The notes under the pieces were generated by a model. The model did no database searches. It saw only the letters and a program-made list of their open reading frames with translations, and was not told where the DNA came from. Positions 1 to 12,100 of a DNA stretch of 64,000 bases are shown in pieces; the first letter of the stretch is position 1; every line of letters begins with the position of its first letter. A program made the translations under genes and the position numbers. Source of the DNA: Botryllus schlosseri (lineage: Eukaryota); the NCBI GenBank assembly GCA_051294905.1, contig CM119371.1:29390001-29454000 (forward strand), in the 5' to 3' direction.

Positions 1-1
1 G

Positions 2-148
2 GTGGTCAATGCGCTACGTGACGATTTTGTGTTCGGGTCACTCCATCTCTTGGACACACCGTTTATACGCAAGTCACTGTTGAACGGTAACGGCATCGGA
101 TTTTTCTCAAGAGCTATGTCGCCAGCTGTTACATTACCTAGAATCAAG
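2..148 (+). CDS. PIGG: PIGG exon (first in window, 5'-truncated)
   Basis: VVNALRDDFVFG...SPAVTLPRIK, donor gt at 149. Confidence 0.9.
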
Positions 149-3100
149 GTAGATAACTTTCAATGATATAATGTCATAGCTCTGGTGTATAATAACTTTA
201 TTTTCAAGTAGACCTAACCTAATTGATGGGGTGTTGGTTCACAGTGACAATCATTTTGCGCTTTTGACATTGCATCCACTGCATCAGTGCTCAATTTTAC
301 TTGAAAAATTAGTAATTTGCCTTTAATTTTTATTTCGGTACATGAAGAAAAAGTTCCACGGAAACATGTCGCTTCTGTAGCATTTAATCCCAAAACTAGC
401 TTTCTAGCGTAAACGGTTGTCAAGATATGGCAAAATTAGTCAAAATTATGGCAAAATTACCAGTTCCGTGTGATTGCATGGCCACTAGATGGAGCCAGAA
501 CCTTAAAACATTACAGAAGTATTTTATTTGATATTCAGGACCGTGAATATCAAAAATATTTTCTGAAGTTCAAATTTTTCTATATGTCATTCTGTTGCGT
601 GTAGCAAACAAAATCACGTCATAATACTGTGGAAAAGTAGCATTACTTCCTTACTCCCCGTTTCGAACTACTAGTGCTGTTTTTTATGTTTTAGAGTCTG
701 GTTACCGGCAGTGTCACCAGCTATGCGGACGTCATCCTCAGCTTAGACCGGGCCAAGCCACTGAGGGAGGACAACCTCGTGAGCGGCGCGTTCGCCCGGG
801 GCAAATCGATCGTCTTCTACGGTGACGAGATGTGGACCGACATGTTTCCGGGGAAGTTCAAACGACAGATCCCGGTGTCGTCGTTTTTCCTGCGCGATTT
901 CATACGGGCGAGTAGACTTTGTGTTTGTGTTGGTGGGTTCGAGGCCAGTGTTGTTCAGGGTGACTCTCCTGTGGTTACTGTTTAAAGTCACTGGGATTCG
1001 CTGTAAGTTATTGAGCCTAGGTCTTAATGTGTTAAGCTACGAGTGTGTGATTTATACGGGGGCTGGGAAAAATCAGGCAACTGATTATCGGGTAACGAAT
1101 GTAATATTGGGCTTCTAATCGAGTCAAGTACTCAGGTATCAATAATTATGACTTCACAACCGTATGAATGATATGTGAAGTTCAAATATCTGCCTTTTAT
1201 GTGACCCCAAAGATTATAATGCCATCTCTACATCACATGAGGAATATTTAAGTAGTATTTATGGGTCATACGTATTTCCATGCACTTCGTGACAATGGTC
1301 TGGAATGATCATGACTTCGCAGATAGGTCATTACCACAAACCACCAGTAGCTTTTTACTACATGCAACAAATCATACAACCGATCGAGTTTTCAAGGCTT
1401 CCTCTATTGATAATACTATCAGAACTAGAGTTATCGTAGATAAATTAACCCTTTGTGACCAGCATCGCATAATCTTAGTACTCGAAATGTACTCGGAGAT
1501 GTGTAAGAATCCGCTTATTCACATTGTATGTATACCGATAGGTGGATGACATTGTGGAAGACGGGATTCGCAAGGAACTGAGCCATCCCGAACACTTTGA
1601 CATCATGATCGCAAACCTGCTGGGCCTGGGACACATCGGGCATGTCGTAGGTACGGTAATTGCCAAGTTACTGTTATGGTTTCGTTGTTTTAATATAAAC
1701 TGCTTATGATGTGTTAGCAAGACCAGAGGTGGTCAAAGTAGTAAGCTGTACTGAATTACGAGTAGCAGTGGCCATTTCCATCTCCATTTACATGTTAAAA
1801 CTGCTTTAAGCGGAAGTAGTATATGAATGGTCTGGAATGTACTCAAGTAGGTAGTTTTATAAAGTTGATTTTGCCGAGGGGCCGCTTACTTTTAGCACTT
1901 CTTTAGAGGTGGCTACTATTGAAGTGGTAAGATGTGTCTTTGCTAATGCAAAATGACTAAATACGTTACAAATAAGGGGCAATCTTTGAAAATATATTCA
2001 GTTACCATGATGCAGGGGCTATTTCAAACGAATCTTAAGCCAAAACTGGACTCGAATAAGGCGCTATAAAAGTAGACGTACTTTTTTATAATCCTGGCCA
2101 CTTCAGAGCAAGACTATACTCTGAAGACGAGAGTACTTGCAATAAATTGAAGCACCATGCTACTTCTATTTACGAACAATTCCAACTGTAATGATATCAA
2201 TGTTCAAATGTACAGGATTCGGGTCACATTGTGTCCCGTTTATGTGACATGCGGTCATTTTGCTCCTGTGTATTCAGGATCACGGAGTCCTTTAATCAGC
2301 GAAAAGTTGACGGAGATCGACTCCACCATCAAATCGATCTACGACCGACTGCAGGAGTTTGTAAGTGCCGTTAGCTGTCTTTCGAAATCCTTGAATTGCC
2401 ATTTTCAAGTTATGGATCGGGTTTGACTTCACTGTGAGCTCGGGTATTACTATTGCATCCACCTGATATGATGTAGTGTTTTCCAGACGTCTCAAAAGCA
2501 TATTTTAGGCAATCGGTGGCGTTTTCATATTCAACAACCCAAGCTCAATCTCTGATTTACGTCAAACGAATGCAACTTCTCCACCAAATGAACTTTTAAA
2601 AAGGACTCGAATACTCTTCAGACCTTTTATTTCTGCTTCTACTCGAAATCCTTTTGAATGCCTTCGAAATTACTCCGTCTGCTTTTGATTGATTAGAAAT
2701 TTACAGCGTTATTCCTACTTTTACCCGAGTATCAATGCTGACTGCTTTGACCGACTCTTCTAGGACACGGTCAACGGTGAAAAGACTTTGCTGGTCGTCA
2801 CCGGAGACCACGGCATGACAGACAAAGGCAGTCACGGTGGCACTACGCAACACGAACGCGACGTACCGTTACTATTCCTAAGTCCAGGTGTTGCCAGTAA
2901 CTTATCACAGTGAGTGGCTCGGTGATTTATTCCGGATGTCTGCATGCAATTATCGCTGGGCGTGATAGTCATCAAATTCGCCGCCAAAAATTCTTCTTTC
3001 ATCCATAACTCTTTTTACATTTGGTTTGGAGCAAAACAGTGCAATTTATTGAATTGCTTGGCCCCAGAATTGGTTAATTATACATTTTCATTGGTGCTGT

Positions 3101-6100
3101 ACCATCACTGCAGCGCTAAATATTGATCTTAAAGGTTTTCCTCATGAGGCGCCACCTAGTGACAAAATGTAAACAAAATTCGAATTTTTTCATTTTATCT
3201 GCTTGGAATTAAAAAAGAATAACATGTGTAGATATTGGAGAATTCTAAGGGTGTGCATTGTAGCCCTTGCTAAATTATAATGGAATTAGCCAGATTCGAA
3301 TAGTCGAATTCTACCAAAGTCGAGTATTAATGCTCATGAATTGAAGCGAGTTAGTTAGTGTTGATTGGCGCAATACACTGAAATATACGCCTTCACACTG
3401 TAAGTGTGCTATTTTATCAATGAAAGTCATAGTTTCAAGGGGTCATTTCCACCATTGTTGCCTTGTTGACACCTTGGTCAGCCGTATCTCGGAATTGAAA
3501 TTCCTGTTGCGGAAGACATGAATATTCACGGTATGGTATTTCTGCCGAGCAGTGATGACCCGCGCAATGATCACACAGAAATAGTAATGGTCCAGAAATA
3601 TAAGTTTATTTGGGATAATATGTAACTGCAGCATTTTCCTTGTGGCCACAGAAAGGATACATATTCAAACTTTTGAAGTTATTTTTACTGTTATGCAGTC
3701 ATAATAGATGGTGCTAGGTTACTTGTCTCAAATCTTAATATGGAGTCGGATTTGAATAACCCAAGTACTCTATTTGACTCAGCCCTGCCGTACTTGTAAT
3801 TCACAGGCAACGTTATTCTCACGTTTGCTGAATTTTACAGGGGTGATACGCGTAAGGAGGTGCAGCAGGTTGATTTAGTGAGCACCCTGTCCGTACTGCT
3901 CGGCATTCCCATCCCGCGTAACTCCATGGGACAACTGATCGAGCCTCTGGTACAGGTCTGTGTCTCAATATCGATACTAATATTATGATCTGTTGGTTAC
4001 AGATGATGCATTGCAGGGTTGTAATGACCTGAGTCATGACTCGGCTCGAGTCACGATTTATTGGTGACTCGACTTGACTTGAGTCATTTTCTCAAAATAC
4101 GGAAATGACTCGACTCGAGTCAATCTGTGTATTGACTTGACTTGGACTCGAGTCATTGCGCGCGACTCCAACCAAGTCATATGACTCGAGACTCAGACGG
4201 CCAAGACCGACATTTCATTGTAATTTCGAAGAACAGTAAAGTAACCACCCTCTTGGGATTTCGTCTATTGATACTGGTACTTGACAATGCGACCAGAAAT
4301 TGCTAAAAGTGAGGAAAATTAGTATATTATAAATGCGAACTCGATCCCCTGCTCTATGACTTGGACTAGGACTTGACTCGGTGGTGAATTGAAAATGACT
4401 CGACTTCACTTGAGTCAAAACTGTAAAAGTGGGATTGACTTGTGACTCGGAGCTTTGTGACTTGGTTACAACCCTGTATTTCCAATCATATGTGTTGCTT
4501 TGTACATCATGTTTCGTATGCCGCGATACAACCATGAACCAATCGAGGTTTATAGCCTTCCGCAGTGGAAAATGACATCTAACCTATAATTATTGTTGAT
4601 AAATTAACTGTTTGTGGAAAGGAGTGGAGAATTTCAGTACTGAAAAACTACATGGCTCGGGTCATTGGAATAGATACACTATTCAGATCCATCTGAGAAC
4701 TGGAATAATTTTCTCCGCCTTTAGTTATTCGGTGTCTTAATTTCGAGATTTTAGATTCGAAATAATCTGCACTCGATATGTGCTTCATTGGTTTTTGAAT
4801 TTTGTTGGGCACAATGAGTTGAGTCCTTCAGGGTTGTAACCAAGTCACAAGGCTCCGAGTCACAAGTCAATCTCACTTTTATAGTTTTGAATCGAGTCAA
4901 GTCGAGTCATTTTCAATTCTCCACCGAGTCAAGTCCGAATCCAAGTCAGCGAGCAGAGGGTCGAGTCTAAGTCATCGTGTCGACTGGTCAGTTTCCAGTA
5001 AAAGTCTTGTTAAACCCACTTTTTATAACTTGTTTGGTGATATCGAATGGTTCGCATATTTACAATATACTAATTTTCCTCACTTTTAGCAGTTTCTGGT
5101 CGCATTTTCAAGTACCAGTACCAATAGACGAAATCCCAATAGTGTGGTTACTTTACTGTTTGTCGAAATTACAATGAAACGTCGGTCTTGGCAGTCTGAG
5201 TCTCGAGTCGTATGACTTGGTTCGAGTCATGCGGAATGACTCGAGTCCAAGTTGAGTCAATGCCAGATTGACTCGAGTCGAGTCATTTCCGTATTTCCAG
5301 AAAATGAATCAAGTCGAGTCTTCAGAATATCGTGACTCAAGTCATTACAACCCTGCTTTGAATCCAAGACGAGTAATAATTGTCATGATTTAATGACAGT
5401 GACTCGATTGCTGATTGTTGAGTTCACAAAGGCCTATCTCAGCAATCACGAGTTATGTTATTTTTCAGAAAATGAAGCCAGCTGACGAGTTACATTCGCT
5501 GCAATACAACTGCCACCATTTGCTATCGTTGGCAGGTAGCACTGGATTGCTCGGAACAGAGACACTGTACCCTGTGGATCCAGTCAAGCTGTACTGGTGA
5601 GAAATTTGCAAGGTCAAGTACATACCGCGGTATAGCCAGTGGTGGTCAAATTGGTCCTTTTTGTTACTCCAGTGGAGGTTGAGGTGACGCTGTCAATTTC
5701 GACTCAATTTGCAAGACTTCACATATTTTCAGAAGTCGACCGAAAGGGACTACTTATAAGTAGGGTGATTTTTTTGACCCTATAAACAGAAGATTTTGAC
5801 CTAAAAATCAAAATATTGACATTTTTCGACCTTGAAAATCTTAGTTTTGACCAACTTTGACCTGACAAATTCGGTGTTTCTCGTATAATGTTAGAATTGT
5901 ACTACTATCTTCATTTCTGGTTCGAACTGTCTGTCTTTACGAAGTAGTTTGACATGAAAACTTTTTTTGCCTCAAAAACTGAAAATCTTTACATGATAAA
6001 AACTTTTATTTAAACGAAATCTGGCCCTATGAAGAATTGCAGTAGTTACATTGCGCATTATGGTAGAAAAAATTTAAAAATTGTGTAATGCAACGAAAGG

Positions 6101-9100
6101 TACTTTCCTACATTCTCTGATAGAAAGTGTCTGTCTTTACTAAGTAACTTGCCAAGAATGGAGAAAGATCGTTTAACAGCTTGTGACACACCGTGTTGCT
6201 TCATTCTGACAATGTTGTCTACATCACAATTTTCCATCATGTGCTTCTTGATAGAAGACCAATGAAGTGTCGACGCAGTCTTGCTTCAGTTGGGATATTG
6301 CGGTATGTTGAGCGTAACACCATGCCAACCTATATTTGTTTCATTTGACCGTTTATGATTCATAATGAGCAGACTATCGGCCGTCTATAACGGTAGGCCT
6401 ATAAATTAGGCTACAAGCTGTCAAATATCAAATGATAAGTTCACCGACGGTGCAAAATCTACGAGACAAACGAATTGGGGTTGCAAAAAAGTTTTCCGTG
6501 ACAAATGTGACACGATTGTTGATATACAATGTTCTTTCCAATTCTCTGCTAGTTGCTGACGAATACACCTGACGAGTGTCAGCCAAAAATATTTGAGCTC
6601 ACTTCAATATGAATATACTATCCAATTGTGTATAGAAGTTCTGTACCTTCAACAAGTCCTAATCATTTGTGAAATAGCCGGGATGCCATGCTATGCCTGA
6701 TTTCTACGTGGCAGTATCCTATATATGCAGAGTGGCCATTGACACTGATGAAACACTAAGGACAGACTAAAACTAACCACGGAGTTTGTAAACTAAAAAA
6801 GGTCATCATTCTGGCCTGGTCCTAATTACGGTGTCATTGATATCTGGTCTAGTTCAAGCTCATGATAGTAATATCGGTAGGCTACAACTAATGTGACCTG
6901 CACATGAAAGAAACTAAGCGCGCAAATAAGGACAATGTAGCCTATATGTCGTCGGCTTTTAAAATAAAGAAAAATCGTATAAATGAGGACAGTCTAGTTT
7001 TATCTGTCATCTCCTTTCAAAATAAAGGCAAATGAGGACAATGATGTAGTTTTTTATGACATTTTTCTGTAAAATATGGATAAATCTTAGTAACAAGGAC
7101 AATGCAGTTTTCTGCGACATCGCCTTTCAAAATAATGGCAAATGTCTTGAACAAGGACAATGTAATTTCTTAAGAAATTGCTGTTCAAAGTAGGGACGAA
7201 TCTTATAAATATGAACGGGATAGCGACCGTGTATAAATGCTTATACTGCTGGTATTTGAAACGAAAATTTTGTACTTCCGAAAAGGTTTTAGCGACTTTT
7301 TCATTGCTTTCCCTAGCTCTTGATCAAACCATTTTTAAGCCGGCTACGTTCACATCACGCAAGCCGGATTATTTTTGTACAGGGACGCGTTCAAGTCGCA
7401 CGCCACATGGACAAAGCACCCTTCTTCGAGCAAAACCTTTCAGGAAGCCCGAGAATCCTACACGATGTGCCAAAACGCGGCGTCCGACTTACTAAAGTAT
7501 CACGTAGCGGCATACAATCACCTGTGGATCGCAGTCGGGATGCTAGTGGCGCTGGTCGGATATTTGTCAGTGACAGTCACGTGGGCGCAGATTGTGCTCG
7601 TGCCGCAAGCTAACCCGAACGAAGACTCTCATGCTAGAAACTCGCCTTTGACGTGGGGTGTTTTGGCTACTGTGGGAACGGTGGTTCATTCCGTGAGCCT
7701 TCTGTCTTCGAGTTATTTGGAAGAGGAACACCAGACTTGGTATTACATGACCGCTACTTTTCTGGCAGTGCTGTTTTTGAACGTCATCAACGAGACGGTC
7801 GGGGTTAAGCTGGGTATGGCGGAATCGATGCAGAGAGGGATATTTTCGAAAGGTTCGTAGATTTTCACTGGCGAAGTCGGTGAATCCCGACCCGGGATCC
7901 ACGGATTTTTTGGGGTCTCTGGGGTGCCTGACATGAGTGTCGATGAGACACACTAAAAAGTAATTTGAGCATTCGACACTCTAGGATGCGACACTCGAGC
8001 ATGTTACAATTTGACATAATCACTCCAAATTTTGTCGGACCACAAATTTAACCCTAACCCCAACCGAGGGTTGTGATAATTCCGGTCCGCCTGGAGTCGC
8101 GAGATTTTGTTTACTTGACTACGAGTCATAACTTGTGGCAATTTAGGCATTTCATTGTATCTGTGAAGTTAGTAAGCTACCACATTGTTGCCTTTTTGCG
8201 TATAAGTTCTGGTGTTTGTAAAATAGGGCTAGAAATTGTGTAAATTTAGGAAAATTGTTGTGTTATGGAAGTGGGGCATTCAATTTCACCCACACAGACT
8301 TGTAAATAACCGGGTTGAACAGAATTGAACGGTATGACTTGAACTTGGACTGGGACCTTTGATTCCTGACTTGGATTCGGACTCGACTCGGCGGTGAATT
8401 GAAAATGACTCGTAGAATTGAGTTTTGACTTGGGACATTGTGACTTGGCTACAACCCTGCCATAAACTAACAAGAGCCTAAACTTGCATGCTGAAGTGTC
8501 GTGTGCTAATGTGGAAGATGGGCCAACTATAGGTAGGGGAGAGGAGGCCAAGATGAGACACGGGGCAAGATGAGACATGCAATTTTTTCACAGAAAAATT
8601 TTCCGATGGACAGATTCCTTCAACTATGTTGTTCCCATAATATCATTCCATAGTCCTGCCATATTAGCAAGGCAAACAGATTTGAGATTGGGCAGAAAAA
8701 TGCCAAAAACTGTATTTTCATAGCCTATGTCAGTTATGTGAATTCATGTTTGTAAGGGCATACCTATCATAGTACTTGATATTATAGAACAAGAATACTG
8801 GAGCTGGTTGAGTGCAATATTAGCAGTGTAATCATGCGCTTACCTCTGAAAAGTAACGGACAGAAATGTTTTTATTCGAATTTATATGTTAATTTAGGTG
8901 TGGGGGTAAGATGAGACAAAATCATGGGGGTAAGATGAGACATGGGTATCAGAGGGCTTTTCTATTGAAGGCCTCGGAAGATTAAAAATTTACTGTTGAA
9001 GGCACACAAAATGTATTATTTATCTAGTAGTTTACCAGATGCGACATTACAAGACTAAATAATAACGAATCTCTCATTGTTGCTGGATCCCATGGTTAAT

Positions 9101-12100
9101 TGGATTTCGATGTCATTTATATGTGTATATGATGTACAAATTCTTTTCAAAAATGACTTATTTCATGATTATTATATTTTATTCACGATGTTGCTGGTTG
9201 ATTCATCATTTGGGATGAATTGGTGGTGTAATGAGCAAGAATTGCTTGGTGTCTCATCTTAAACACAGTGTGTCTCACCTGGGGGTAAGTTGAGACATTT
9301 GAGCAAGGATTTTTGAGGGCCAAGAAATCCATCAGTATGTTGTTCAATATAACTCGAGACATAGTCGTAAATAGTACAGATCGCAGGCTTTCCATTGGTA
9401 CCAAAATTAATCCTCAGAAGGCATTACTCATTGAGTGGCCTTGAATTATCAGAAAAGTGTCTCATCTTGGCCTCCTCTCCCCTACTTGTACGTTGAGATT
9501 AATTTTCGTGTCGGTATCACCCAAACTATTTAAATATGACAGGAAAAAAGTGCCTGGCATTTTGAACACTGCTCACAGGATCATTTAGAAGCGTGTGCAA
9601 TGTGCATTGAATTCCATTCTGACAATTCACCATTGCATTGATATTATTTCTTCAGTCGAAGACTGTACGAGGCCAAAGTCTCTTTCTGAACTTTTGCGAT
9701 TGGCGTGTCTGACTGCAACCCATCTTAACAGTGCAAAAATGTGCTCGGCTAAAGTCATTCCAACGTGTGACTAAGTTAAATTTTTAGCAATATGATTGAA
9801 GTATAAAAAAGAATTTTCATTTTACGCTGCCGTAACCCATACTCTCATGAGTCATGACTAGAAGAACTAATTACTGAAAAATCTAAAATTTGCAAATCTG
9901 TTCCTGATATGGCCAAAATCTTCAACAAATACAGTTTTAGAAAAAAAGTGTGCTCTCGGACTAACCGGAAACGATTTTTGTATTTCAGGACCTCGGGACA
10001 GAGACGTCTTACCGCGGTACAGAACCGATCAAATGGAATTACTGCGTCGAGCTAAATCCGAAGACAGCGTGGACTCGACGTGGGATTTCGTGGAGCTGGA
10101 GGCCAGCGACGACGAAGCCACCTTCGACAGAACGGCGAAAAAGGGTTGGAAGTTCTCGATACCAGACACGGACCGCGCCAACATGGTCGTTCTCGCGTTG
10201 GCTATGTTGTCGCATCGGCTGTTGCGGGCTTGGAACAGCACAGGGATACAAAATGTCGACGAAGCAGATATTGGTAATAATGTGTGGAAATTATGGATTC
10301 TCGGCCGGGTTGTAATGACTCGAGTCACAATTTTTGGTGACTCGACTTGACTTTGCATAAAATGACTTGACTCGAGTTAATTCGTGTATTGACTTGACAT
10401 GTACTCGAGTCACTGATTATGACTCAAACCAAGTCATATAACTCTACACTCTGACGGCCAAGAAAGACTGTAACTTCGAAGAATAGTAGAGTCACCACGT
10501 TATGTCACCACGTTATTGGTATTTCGTCATCAGTCCTGATACTTAGGAGATAGGGCCAGAAATTGTTAGGTCTGAGCAAAAATTAGGATATTATGAATGT
10601 GAGCCATTCTAAATCACTCTAGCAGTGTTGACAAAAGTTAGTGGAAACGGATTGAACTCAAAACTGGACAGTAAACACTATGACATGGACTCGACCTTCT
10701 ACTCGCTGACTTGGACTCGGACTTGACTCGGTGGTGAATTGAAAATGACTCGACTTGACTCGAGTCAAAACGATAAAAGTGAGATTGACTTGTGACTCGG
10801 AACCTTGCGACTTGGTTACAAACCTTACTCTCGGTGTCAGTTGAAGTCCTATGGACTTTCTAAATAATCACTGTGTGAAAAAGGGGGTACCGTACACACA
10901 AGTAACCCCTGGGTACGCGCCTTGCAAGCCGAAGGATGAAATATGCTACCCAGGGTTGTAACCAAGTCGCAAGGCTCCGAGCCACAAGTCATTCTCACTT
11001 TTATAGTTTTGACTCGAGTCATTTTCAATTCACCACCGAGTCCAAGTCAGCTAGTAGAGCAGGGGCGGGCAACATACGGCCCGCGGGCCGCATCCGGCCC
11101 GCGAAGAGATTTTGTCCGGCCCGCGGACAGTTTTCCGTCTTACATGATAATGTGGCCCGCGGCCCCAGTCTGCCGAGATTCCCCACTACTTGCTTACTAC
11201 GTCAAATTTAGTGACTGTATGTTATTATATACGTGTTGCAGTGTTGTGAGAGTGGAGGTTACGCGTAAGTTTGTCGATGCGAGAAGAATTGCAATATCGG
11301 CATTTACGATGCACTCAACCCTAATGTCGTCTGTGGTATTCATGATTTTTGTTGACTACAATGGTCAGTCATTTACACCAGGCTGATATTTCTTATTTTT
11401 GATTCCGTAACCGCCGACTTGTAGCACGGCACACTTCTAGGCTTTTGTAATGCACTGCTTGTGCCAGGGTCGTCAACTCAAAACCCGTTGCAGGCCACTT
11501 TTCAAATTTCGTAGAGGACGCGGGCCGCATGAATTCATTATCGAGATTAATTAGGCCACACAGTTGAACAACGACGCTATCTCGTACTATCTCAACACTA
11601 AGGAATGGATATCTTGGTAAATTAGGATTACCGGGCTTATAGAACGCCTTAAAAATCTTAGTTAGGGATTGCACCGTGTGTTGATTGATCAGAGTGAAGC
11701 AGACATGGCGGCGTCTGTATTCTAAAATCCACATTCTCTTCGCCATTATCGACGAGAAATGGCTTTGAAGTGACATTGCTGTCGGTAAAATTCATTCATT
11801 AAATACGATTTATTCCTTGTATATGGATAAATGGGCGAATAATGTATCGATTCAGCAATCGGGCCCGCCAAAAACCTAATTTTCCTATATCCGGCCCGCC
11901 GACTGGAGAAGTTGCCCGCCCCTGTAGTAGAGGGTCGAGTCCGAGACATAATGTTCACTTTCACAGTTCAACCCAGTTTTTCAACTCTGCTCGAGTGATA
12001 TAGAATGGCTTGCGTTCATAATATGGTCATTTTCCTCATTCTCAACAGTCTCTGGCCCTATTTTCCAAGTATCAGGACTGATAGACGAAATACCAATAAT

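Noticed and set aside
4014..5355. GACTCGAGTC motif arrays as a CRISPR-like or operator array
   Set aside because: Irregular spacing, no unique spacers, bounded by TIRs and TSDs: these are MITE subterminal repeats.
5469..5535. Shorter PIGG exon ending at the GT at 5536
   Set aside because: Phase 1 is incompatible with the acceptor at 7382; the donor at 5597 keeps the frame.
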